Shown piece after piece: positions 35,392 through 45,421 of a stretch of DNA of 64,000 nucleotides. The notes beneath the pieces are model-generated. The model did no database searches, was not told where the DNA came from, and saw nothing but the letters and a program-made list of their open reading frames with translations. The translations under genes and the position numbers were made by a program. Every line of letters begins with the position of its first letter. The stretch's first letter is position 1. Source of the DNA: Blepharisma stoltei ATCC 30299 (lineage: Eukaryota > Protista > Ciliophora). The DNA lies in assembly GCA_965603825.1 (NCBI GenBank), contig CBFDEM010000043.1:372001-436000 (forward strand), given 5' to 3'.

Positions 35392-35907
35392 ATGTCATCT
35401 TTGAGTTACACAGAGATGGTGGGTATGGAAATTAAAGTGATCACTACACTTGACGAAGAACACAAAGGGAGAATTTACACTATTGACGAAGATGCAAATG
35501 TAGTCATCCTTTATAGAGGAAATGAAAATTCGAGAGATTATGTTTTTGTGAATACAGAATATATTAAAGATATAGTTGTGCTGGATAGAGAACGCCACAG
35601 GGTTGATACCGAAATACCTTATATAGATGTCAATAGATTTCTTGAAGACATAAGCAGGCAAATGGAAAAAGACTCACAAAATGCAGGGCAAATAAATGAG
35701 TTGGCAAGTCCTGAAGGCCAGCAAATCTTCAACGAAATATCTAGGACGTATAAGTGTGACTGGGATGGAGTTAATATATACCTGGTTGACCTAGATGTTA
35801 AGATTTGTGCTCCATATAGCAGTGAGAATGTTACAGGAAATCCAAGTGCTGTGCATAGAATTTCAAATGTGTTAATTCAAACAAGAAGAAAGCTAAATTT
35901 AGACTAA
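35392..35907 (+). CDS. LSM12: LSM12-like protein (LSm + anticodon-binding domain)
   Basis: N-terminal Sm fold; SPEGQQIFNEISRTYKCDWDG..I..V.I.APY. Confidence 0.8.
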   Translation: MSSLSYTEMVGMEIKVITTLDEEHKGRIYTIDEDANVVILYRGNENSRDYVFVNTEYIKDIVVLDRERHRVDTEIPYIDVNRFLEDISRQMEKDSQNAGQINELASPEGQQIFNEISRTYKCDWDGVNIYLVDLDVKICAPYSSENVTGNPSAVHRISNVLIQTRRKLNLD

Positions 35908-36204
35908 ATAAATCCATTTTGCAAAATTAGCATATGGGGATTTTATTAAGGTTTCATAAATTAACTCATAATAATTCTCTTTCATTCATTTTTCAAAGTA
36001 AATAAAATTTTTGGATAAATCATAGAAAACTATCATGATTTGAGAAAATTTTGAATAAATACGAATGATCAAGATAGAACGAATTTGAAGAATTTATTTA
36101 TTATTTAAAGCTGAAACTTAATTATTTTTTCTTGTTATTTTGGAGATTATGGCAGAAATATGAAATTCTGAATAATAATTTATTGACAGATTATTAAATA
36201 AAAA

Positions 36205-37002
36205 ATGTTTATGCATAATATTAAAGGTGAAACAGTCAAAAATATTCAAAATAAAGACATAAGCAAGACAAAAGACACACATTCATTGCCTAAATTATCA
36301 ACCGCAACCAAGCTAGAATACGTCCCAATAAAAATAATCTCTCATACTTCATCAGATGAAAATCAAATTACAGATAATTCTCAGCATTTATTAAAACTGC
36401 CTCACATGAGTCATTATTCATCTCTAAAGCCATCTGGAAATAAAGAATATCTTTTCAAACTTAATAAAATAAAACTCCTTTCTAAGCTCGGCCCTTTAAA
36501 ATCTAGGCAAAAAATTTTTCGCAATTCTGACAGAAACCTTATGCTTCAGAACCAACCATCAGATCTTTCACATCCTTTTGAGTGCCTCAAAGGAGCTCAG
36601 AGTCCAATGTCTCCTAATAAATCGTTTCAAAAAATTGAGCCCGCTGAAAAAAGTCAAATCACAGGACAGTTGAGTCCGAAAACAATACCAATAAATTACG
36701 CGCTTGAAGAAAAAGATCTGAAACGCCAAAAATTGTCCATAGACCTTTCAGATGAAATAATTGGAGCTGGAGACAATGTAAATCCAAGTCCAAAACTTAG
36801 TTTAAATGAAAGATTATCTATTATTACACCGAGAAAAGTATTGAAGCATTCAATTGGAAATAAAAAAATATTTTTTGGAGCTGATTTTAAAAATATGACG
36901 AGAAAGCCAAAAATAAAACAAATCAGCAACTCAAGTATTTATAGCACGATTACTGGGTGGGAGAACTATAATAAAGATGATTCTTTATATCCAGATAGCT
37001 AA
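36205..37002 (+). CDS. Hypothetical low-complexity protein
   Basis: 265-aa ATG-TAA ORF between AT-rich flanks. Confidence 0.6.
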   Translation: MFMHNIKGETVKNIQNKDISKTKDTHSLPKLSTATKLEYVPIKIISHTSSDENQITDNSQHLLKLPHMSHYSSLKPSGNKEYLFKLNKIKLLSKLGPLKSRQKIFRNSDRNLMLQNQPSDLSHPFECLKGAQSPMSPNKSFQKIEPAEKSQITGQLSPKTIPINYALEEKDLKRQKLSIDLSDEIIGAGDNVNPSPKLSLNERLSIITPRKVLKHSIGNKKIFFGADFKNMTRKPKIKQISNSSIYSTITGWENYNKDDSLYPDS

Positions 37003-37137
37003 AAGCTCGAATTTTTGCTTAATGCTATATAATTTGAATAATAATTTTTTTATTGAATATAAGCATTAGTAATCATCTATTATAAAAAGAAAAAACTCTA
37101 ATAATTTGCGAAAAATGTAAGTTAATTTACCATATAC

Positions 37138-38568
37138 TTAAAAAATGCTGCAGCTTGGGCTACAATTTCTCGTGTTTTCTCTTGTCTCAAGAAGAACAGG
37201 ACATTTACTCCTCAAAATTTCTTCGTGAATTTTACCCAAAATCCTATACCTGTATCCTCGTTTATCAATGCCTACTTCATTTTTCAAAACTTCATCAGTA
37301 ATAGGATATCTTGAGAACATAAGCTTTTTATTCATCTCAATATCATCGTATCCACTCTCTTCAAAACATATAAATAAATGACCTAGCTTTATCGATTCAA
37401 GCCATTGCTGGAATTCCGTTTTAGAGTCATTTAGCATAAGATTAGTTCTGGAGTCATAATGCTCTGATAAAGGCGTATCATAGATGCCTGACTCATATTC
37501 CAAACCCATCAGCAATCTAAAAATATGCCCTGGTTTCTCGATGCCAATTCCAGACAATACTTCACGTGTGATTGGCAAAGGGGTTTTCATCTGGTCAATC
37601 ATGCTGTCAAGATCATCAAATCCTGAGTCAACCAAAACTTGAAAATAGCGTTCAAGCTTCAAATTTTTCAAAAATTTCAATAAAAAAGCTTTACCTTCAA
37701 ATATATTGATGCTATTGCAATTTTCTCTGACTAAAAAGCTTTCTGATCCATTGATGCTTGAACCTGTGGTTTCTGATTTACAGTCATTTATTGTGTCTGT
37801 TCCTATAAAAAGGGTCATCTCTGAGTCAATACTGTATGCGATACTCATATACTTTGAATGCTGTGGACTTCCCTGAAAACTTCTGACAGTGCTGGCAGTC
37901 TCTTCATCTCCAATTTGTGCTTCTTTTACACTAAATAAACTACTGCCATTGTCAAAATCAAACTTTTGATAATAGCTATCTAAAATATTGACGATCATTG
38001 AGTTTTCAGTCAATTCTGCAGGAAATTTTCCATTGTTGTCTGTGATACTTACTTCTGCCCCATAATCTAATAACATCTTTAAACATTCAACTTGTTCGCA
38101 TTCTGCAGCAATATGCAACGAAGTTTTACCGGTTACCGAATTTTTTTCATTTGGGTTTGCACCTCTTAGCAGCAAAAGCTCTACAATTCCAACGTCACCT
38201 CTAAATGTCGCTTGATGCAAAGGTGTTTCTCCATCATTTGTTTTTAGATTTGGATTTGCATTAAATTCGAGTAAAGCTCTTACAAGCCTCAACTCCGAGT
38301 TATCAGCAGCTTGATGAAGTGGAGTTTCCCCTATCGCGTTTCTACAATTCGGATCAGAACCCTTTTCCAAAAGAAAATATGTTACCTCATACGAGCCACA
38401 GAAAACAGCATGAAAAAGGGGTTTTAGACTCAATTTGCTATCACATTGTTCTACTAAAATACGATTATTCCCACACATTTCAGATACTTTTTGCAGGTCT
38501 TTTTGGCCACATGCCACACAAAACTCATCAATTTCTGCTTGATCAGGAGCTCTAATCTCTTGTGTCAT
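37138..38568 (-). CDS. Ankyrin-repeat + two SAM domain protein with C-terminal CaaX
   Basis: GETPLH ankyrin repeats; SAM-like FLKNLKLERY..GFDD..IGIEKPGH, repeated; ends CSIF. Confidence 0.85.
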   Translation of the reverse strand: MTQEIRAPDQAEIDEFCVACGQKDLQKVSEMCGNNRILVEQCDSKLSLKPLFHAVFCGSYEVTYFLLEKGSDPNCRNAIGETPLHQAADNSELRLVRALLEFNANPNLKTNDGETPLHQATFRGDVGIVELLLLRGANPNEKNSVTGKTSLHIAAECEQVECLKMLLDYGAEVSITDNNGKFPAELTENSMIVNILDSYYQKFDFDNGSSLFSVKEAQIGDEETASTVRSFQGSPQHSKYMSIAYSIDSEMTLFIGTDTINDCKSETTGSSINGSESFLVRENCNSINIFEGKAFLLKFLKNLKLERYFQVLVDSGFDDLDSMIDQMKTPLPITREVLSGIGIEKPGHIFRLLMGLEYESGIYDTPLSEHYDSRTNLMLNDSKTEFQQWLESIKLGHLFICFEESGYDDIEMNKKLMFSRYPITDEVLKNEVGIDKRGYRYRILGKIHEEILRSKCPVLLETRENTRNCSPSCSIF

Positions 38569-38683
38569 TAAAATTTGTATAAAAACTTGGGGTGTTAAAA
38601 TATGAATTTCCTCAGAAAAAAGACGATTTAAATCAAATTAGTAAATAAGCTATATCAAGTTGACATAAAATAAAAACCGCGAA

Positions 38684-39799
38684 ATGGGGATTAAACAGCT
38701 CATGCAATTGATCAATGAAAAAGCTTCTGGGGCAGTCAAAAAGCTCCCACTGGATCGATATTCAGGCCAAATAGTTGCTTGTGATGCTTCAATGGCTATG
38801 TATCAGTTTTTAATAGCAACACAGTTTAGTACGAAATCAGGCCTTGGGATGCTAACAGATTCAGATGGCAACCATACAGCTCACTTGCTTGGACTGTTTA
38901 ATAGAACGATTATGTTTCTGGAAAACAGAGTCAAACCAATTTGGGTATTTGATGGGAGGCCACCAACAATGAAAGCAGCCGAGCTTGAAAAACGAAAAAA
39001 AGCTAAAGAAGAAGCTGAAGAAAACGTAGAAAAAGCAATTGAAGAAGGAAAAGAAGAAGATATCAAGAAATTCGGACAGAGAACTATTAGAATAACTCCA
39101 GAAATGAAAGAAGATGCTATGCAAATGCTCAGGCTAATGGGAGTCCCTGTAATACAGGCTCCTTGTGAAGCTGAAGCTCAGTGCGCTCATTTAGTGAAAC
39201 TAGGAAAAGCACAAGCTGTAGCATCTGAGGATATGGACAGCCTTACATTTGGAGCCACCTATTTATTAAGAGGATTTAATTCCAAAAAGGAGCCAATTGT
39301 AGAAATTAGCTATAATGAATTGCTTGCAGGACTTGAATTAAACCAAAGAGAGTTCATTGATTTGTGCATTTTATTAGGATGCGATTATACTGAGCATATT
39401 TCAGGTATTGGGCCAGTCACAGGGTATAAATTAATAAAGCAATATGGAACGATTGAAAGAGTAGTAGATCATATTTCAGGTTCAGATAAGAAAAAATACG
39501 CTATCCCTCAAGAGTTTAATTTTGAAGGAGCAAGAGAGCTCTTTTTAACCCCAGAGGTTGATAATTGTGATGGAGTTGAAATTCAATGGAATGCACCTAA
39601 TGAAGCAGAATTATCTCCATATTTAATCGTGCAAAAAGGGTTCGCCCAGGCAAGAGTTGATGCTGGCATTCAAAAACTCAAAAAAATTCAAGGAAGACCT
39701 GCACAGCTAGTGCTAGAACACTTTTTTGGAAAAGCTGAAGTTGTTAAAAGAAAGGCTCCTGAACCAAAAGGATCTGCTAAAAAATCAAAGAAAAAATAA
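38684..39799 (+). CDS. FEN1: Flap endonuclease 1
   Basis: MGIK, DASMAMYQFL, VFDG, EAEAQCA, SEDMD, LLGCDY, GIGP and PIP-box QLVLEHFF. Confidence 0.97.
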   Translation: MGIKQLMQLINEKASGAVKKLPLDRYSGQIVACDASMAMYQFLIATQFSTKSGLGMLTDSDGNHTAHLLGLFNRTIMFLENRVKPIWVFDGRPPTMKAAELEKRKKAKEEAEENVEKAIEEGKEEDIKKFGQRTIRITPEMKEDAMQMLRLMGVPVIQAPCEAEAQCAHLVKLGKAQAVASEDMDSLTFGATYLLRGFNSKKEPIVEISYNELLAGLELNQREFIDLCILLGCDYTEHISGIGPVTGYKLIKQYGTIERVVDHISGSDKKKYAIPQEFNFEGARELFLTPEVDNCDGVEIQWNAPNEAELSPYLIVQKGFAQARVDAGIQKLKKIQGRPAQLVLEHFFGKAEVVKRKAPEPKGSAKKSKKK

Positions 39800-39970
39800 A
39801 TTAGATAATAAACATGAGAAAAATTATGAAGCTGTCAAAAGCTAGATGCATACAGCAATATGCTTAATAATAGAAAAATTAAGATCTTTCTGCACGCTAT
39901 TAGCACTAATTAACTATAAACAGCAAATTAAAAGATATTTCCCAAAGAACTCCTTTTCATTATTATTTGT

Positions 39971-40453
39971 TTATTTTTTCTTAGCGACACCAACAGTCTT
40001 GCCTCTTCTTCCAGTAGTTTTCGTCTTCTGTCCTCTACATTTAACTCCCCACCAATGTCTGAGACCTCTATGCAGCATCATTTTCTTCATCCTTTCCAGA
40101 TCTTCTCTCATCTTGGCATCCAAAAAGTTGGCCACGATCTGAGAATCAGTTCCTACAACAATGTCCCTTCTTCTATTTAAGAACCATGTAGGGATGTTAT
40201 ATTCAGTTGGCTTATTGATGATGGTGACAATTTTCTCAATTTCTTCTTCTGTAAGCTGTCCTGCTCTTTTGGTAAGATCGACACCTGCTCTTTTGAGGAT
40301 GAGATTGGAAAAGCGTCTTCCTATTCCTTTAATTGCAGTCAAAGCATACATTACTTTGCGGCGACCATCAATATTGGTGTTGAGGATACGGAGGATGAAG
40401 TTAAATTCACTTTCTTGAGTTACGACCAATGATGACTATGTTACGATTACCAT
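39971..40453 (-). CDS. RPS18: 40S ribosomal protein S18 (uS13); exon 1 codes only the ATG
   Basis: [21 protein letters not shown] and [21 protein letters not shown] 40453-40451, intron 40436-40450, then SSLVV. Confidence 0.97.
40436..40450 (-). other. 15-nt spliceosomal intron directly after the start codon
   Basis: Minus strand ATG|GTAATCGTAACATAG|TCA. Confidence 0.9.
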
Positions 40454-40750
40454 TCTATGGACTTTAACTATTACTTAAATGGCAAAAGTTAGAAGATGAA
40501 ATATGCAATATGAGATTGAGATAACAAAAAATTAAAGATATTTATAATGAGAAAAGGTTTTGACAAAGGATATTTTATAAAAATTTTTCTAAATATTTTT
40601 GTACACTACCTCTAAAAACAAAAAAAATTAATATATACATCATTTATAGTGCTATAGTTTGTCTTAAATTGGCTTTATTCACTTTCTGTGTTATTTAATA
40701 AAATATATTATATTAAGCCATGCTGATTTAATATATAAAAAATTTAAAGA

Positions 40751-41641
40751 ATGGAAGCAGGCTTAGCATTCGAAGTTTTTGAAGCCTTGATGGCTGATGA
40801 CTCAAATAAGGCGTGTGTTGATTGTAATAGCCCGAACCCAGACCATGGCTCAGTAAACCATGGTGTCTTCATCTGCAATCAATGCGCGGTATCTCATCTA
40901 GAACTTAAAGGGGCAAGCAAAGTTAAATCTCTAAGAGATGAGCCTTGGAATCCCGAAGAACTCAAATTAATGATCGCAGGAGGTAACGCAGCCTTGCGAG
41001 ATTATTTTATGTACTACGGGTTTACAAATGAAACCCCAATAAATTTAAAATACCGAACAAGGTCTGCTACATTTTACAGAGATATGCTAGAAATAATATC
41101 CAAAGAAGTAAACTGTGAATCAAATTTTATGCCTTTAGAGGATGGAATTCTTTTAGCTCAGGATGAGCAAACCAAGCTTTATGCACATCCAAGACCTTCA
41201 ATTCTAGCTACAAAAGAAAACTCAAAAGAAGAAGTCGTGAGCTCGCAGCCAGAAAAAGGATTTAAAGGGTGAATAGTGAGGACTTTTAATAAAACGAGGG
41301 AAGCTGGAAATAGAGCATTCAAGAGAATTAATGACTTTGGAAATACTCCTAAAATGAGGAATCTAGAATCCAAATCACTTGGGCTTGTAAATAAAGTAAA
41401 ACACACTTTTAGACCAATTACTGCTGATAGCAGTAAAATAGAGTTTATGGATAAATATAGTAGCAATATAGCAGTAAGGGCAGTTCATACTTTTGAAAAC
41501 ATTAATTTGAGCCCAGAATCTCAAAAGATAAAGAGAGAAGCAATGAATTTAATGAATTGTAACTCTGAAAGCAGTTTGAATCCTGCAAAAGAAGCTGCTC
41601 TGGCAGAAGTTTATATTGAAGAAAATACTGAGAATCATTAA
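40751..41641 (+). CDS. ArfGAP-domain protein
   Basis: CVDC..P..GSVNHGVFICNQC..H..SKVKSL..W..GGN; two ORFs joined by TGA 41270. The catalytic Arg after His appears replaced (SHL). Confidence 0.85.
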
Positions 41642-42221
41642 TTTAGCTTTGTTTCAAAATAAACTAATTAGATAATTAAATAATCTGTCTGGTTTTACAT
41701 CTATCACAAATATTTTCATTTTATTAAAAGAGAGAAGAAATGGAAATCCCAATAGCATGACCCCAGGCTATCAAAAAAGACTCTTAAAAAATTTTCAGAA
41801 TTTTGCTTTGAAAATAATCTTACCAGATTTATGGATTTTTTTATTTCGTTCTGTTGATAAATAATTAACTTTTCTTTTATTTACTTCAATTTAAAAACAT
41901 CAAAAATCTCAGCTGCATGAACTAATTAGAAACTCATATATTAGGCTTAAAATATAAATGGAAAACTTTCAGCCAGAGATAAAAATTAAAACCTCTAAGC
42001 TTTAATTAATTTAAAATTAAGAAATTCTGAGCAGCTCTGAAACCTCTATTCTAGAAAAAATTAAAAAATTTAACTCTTATCTAATTTTTGACGAAAATTA
42101 ATAGCTCAAGCCCTAATAAAAAGATTTAAATCTTCTGAAAAATTTTCTATCTGAATTTTTAAACTACTGGTAAGTATTGAAATATGACTAGCATTTTTTG
42201 ATGGTTTTTATACATATAAAA

Positions 42222-43565
42222 ATGGGATCATGCCTCAAATGTGCCAAGAGCGAAAATTCAAATAACAACACGATTTCGATTTTGAACTACCCCAGAAACA
42301 GAGTTCTCGAGGTGATTCAATGGAACAAGCAAGGAGAAGCTGAAGATTTAATCGAAAAACGCATAGAGCTTACTAATCCTAAGATAGTTCTTGCGAGAGA
42401 AATTATACATAAAAATAGGAGATATTTTATTTCAGTTTGCACTCTGCCAGGCTTAAAGGCCGAAACTTTTGCCCCTAAAGTCTGCCAAGATCATTGCCTT
42501 GTAGCAGAGGACTCTAGCAGCATTCTAATGGCAATTCATGACGGCCATGGGAGTGAAGGTGAAAAAGTGAGTTCATTTGTAAGCAATGAACTAGAAAATT
42601 ATTATAGAACGCATAAGCAAGAATTTGCTAACTCTCCAAAACAGTCATTAATATTAGCAACCAAGCATTGTGACGAAGCCCTTTATCAGAGTGGGATTTC
42701 AATTACCTATTCAGGCACTACACAAGTCATAGCTTTAATACAGAATAATGAAGTCTATTTTGCCAATGTTGGCGATTCGAGAGCGCTTATAGCTTCTGGA
42801 TCTTCTAGACCAGCTACAGCATGTTACTCAAATGATGAGTGGGGATCTATTCTAGAAGATCTAAAAAAGGCCAGAAAATATCCAAATGCATACCCAATTA
42901 AGCCATTTCAATTAACAACGGACCACAAGCCTGATTCTGATACAGAAATTATGAGAATTCTTGAAAACGGTGGCTGCATCAAAAGAAAATCCAATAACGG
43001 TGTCAAATCAGGCCCTCATAGAATTTATAAGTTAACAGAAAATGCGCCAGGTCTCGCTACCTCCCGAACCCTTGGTGATAGAATAGCAAGACAAATTGGC
43101 GTCATTTGCGATCCTGAAATTACTTTTCATACCTTTGATTTTGAGCAGGACGAGTTTATCGTTATGGCTTCTGATGGCCTTTGGGACGTGATGTCCAATG
43201 AAGAAGTCGTCAATTTTGTAGCTGCCTATAAAGAAAACTGTCAAAAAGAAGTCGTCCAGCCATCAATTTCAGAAGCAAACTCAAGCAACTCATGCATTGC
43301 TCAACTGCTATGCGAAGAAGCAAGATTAAGATGGCTAAAGATTTCTGCCTATAAAAAGACAAATGTTGACGATATCACTTGTATAGTCTTAGATCTCAAC
43401 AAAGACAATAACGGATCATTTACAATGGAAACAAGTGCTGAGAAATCAGATAATAAAGTCATGCCTGAAATGAGTCCACATACCCCGCATGCTGATAGGC
43501 AAAAAGAAATCCTTTACAAGCACGTCATGAATTATGCACCATTTGAAGCTGGGAGATGTCCTTAA
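42222..43565 (+). CDS. Protein phosphatase 2C with N-terminal MGSC acylation motif
   Basis: CQD, DGHG, SGTT, NVGDSRA, DHKP, GLATSRTLGD, ASDGLWD and DDIT. Confidence 0.92.
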   Translation: MGSCLKCAKSENSNNNTISILNYPRNRVLEVIQWNKQGEAEDLIEKRIELTNPKIVLAREIIHKNRRYFISVCTLPGLKAETFAPKVCQDHCLVAEDSSSILMAIHDGHGSEGEKVSSFVSNELENYYRTHKQEFANSPKQSLILATKHCDEALYQSGISITYSGTTQVIALIQNNEVYFANVGDSRALIASGSSRPATACYSNDEWGSILEDLKKARKYPNAYPIKPFQLTTDHKPDSDTEIMRILENGGCIKRKSNNGVKSGPHRIYKLTENAPGLATSRTLGDRIARQIGVICDPEITFHTFDFEQDEFIVMASDGLWDVMSNEEVVNFVAAYKENCQKEVVQPSISEANSSNSCIAQLLCEEARLRWLKISAYKKTNVDDITCIVLDLNKDNNGSFTMETSAEKSDNKVMPEMSPHTPHADRQKEILYKHVMNYAPFEAGRCP

Positions 43566-43706
43566 ACTATGTAAATATTCTATTAATATATCTGGTCAAT
43601 TTTGGATTTTTGATACTCAAAGTATCCAAATATTGTCGCAGTTCTATACATAATCAGAGATTATTTAATTAATAACACGCTTGTAATTATGAGTAATTAT
43701 TAGAGT

Positions 43707-44801
43707 CTAAATAAGGCTTCGAGGCTCTGAAAAAATTTCTTTTATTTCAAGCTTGGTTATATTTCTGATAACGTCTTCTAATGTAATCATACCAATTATA
43801 GATGGAGATTGATTATCCTTATTGAGCCCAGTAACAAAAGCGACATGTGATTTTCCTTGCCGAAAAATATTTAAAAGGTCATAAAATGAGATTTCTTCTT
43901 GAACATAGAGAGGTTCTATTAATTTTATGCCTGAGTTCTTGATATAAATATTTTCATCAACTCCTACAAGCCTCTTCAAGAGTAGAATTCCTATAATATT
44001 GGATTTTTCATGTCTTTCATATATAGGTATTCTGCTAAACCCCGTATTTTTGATTTCACAGAGCATATGTCTTGTCAAAAGTGTGTCAGAACTGAGACTA
44101 AAAACTTGTTCTATAGGAATCATGTGCATATTAACAACATGTGAATTGATATCAATTAAATTCACAATTATTTTAAGCTGCTGCAGTCTTGCTGGGTCTA
44201 TATTTTTTGATTTTGAATATGTTGTCAATATAAAATTCTTTATTTCATTTTTATTAATTTTTCTTTTATGTTTTGAGCCTGAAATTTTATCCAAAAGCTT
44301 AGATAATGGCCATGCAATTGGTAGTAAAATATAAATAATTGATTTAATTAGCAGAATAGATTTGTAAGCAATTTCAATTTGCTTTGGGCCTGTGCAAATA
44401 GATTGCGGTATTATTTCTCCAAAAATTAAAACTATTGTAACACTTATAATTATTGATCCTATGTCTCCGATCATTGACTCTAAAATCAATGGAAGTGCTT
44501 CAAGTGCAAGCGAATTCACAATTATCAGACTGACAAGCAATAAATGGTGCTTCTTGATTAAGGGGAGTATTTTCATAGCTTGCAATTTTTCTTTTTCTGT
44601 TCCCGTAAGTGCTTTAGATTCCAGAGCCTCTATATCTATTGAGAGAAGGCCAACTGTTAATCCAGATATTATTCCTGCAAAAGCGACGAGAAGCCCTGAG
44701 AGGATCGAAAGAAGAAGGTAGACTTCTCAAGTAAAATTATCGGTATCTTTCGTTGAAGGAAAATTTCATGTTTTCTTGTAATTAGCATTTAGCATTATCA
44801 T
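43707..44801 (-). CDS. CNNM/DUF21 + CBS metal (Mg2+) transporter
   Basis: Extended 5' through TGA codons: FAGIISGLTVGLLSID, HHLLLVSL, FGEIIPQSIC, GFSRIPIY, GKSH and GMITLEDVI. Start at ATG 44801 or 44795. Confidence 0.88.
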
Positions 44802-45421
44802 ATCAGGAATTAATTCAATTCATATTGGAAATATGGATATAGTTTATTATGAATCAAATTAGAAATAAACTATTTTTGGAATAAAATAGCTTTCTTTTTC
44901 ATTATTTTTCGATGCCAATTAGACGACCATTAGGAAGTGATTTTATTAATTATCTACTATTTCAAATTAACAATATTTAAAGCTTAAAAATAGAACGTAT
45001 TATATAATTTTTAATATTCCATTTTATTTTTATAGTTCATTTAGATTATAATCTGCACTTGTTATCATTTAATTTAACAAATCACTTAAAAATCTGCACA
45101 GTTTAAAATTTAGGAATTTGAATTAAAAAATTAATATTTAATTAGATAAACTTGCGTTATTTATATTAAGTTCTTATTAAAAAATCAAAAATAAAGATAT
45201 ATGATTACTATTCAGCACATCAGAATTTAATTAAAATTAGAAATTATGCGATGATATTTATTTAAGCAATATAATGAGATCATTTAAGATCATGATGGAG
45301 AGAAAAATATCCATTTTATAATAGGCACAGCACAATAACTCAAAAATGAAATTCTTTATTAAAGTTTTGCATTTTTTCACTCAATCTTATAATCCTATTA
45401 ATAGAAGCTCTATATATCAAA

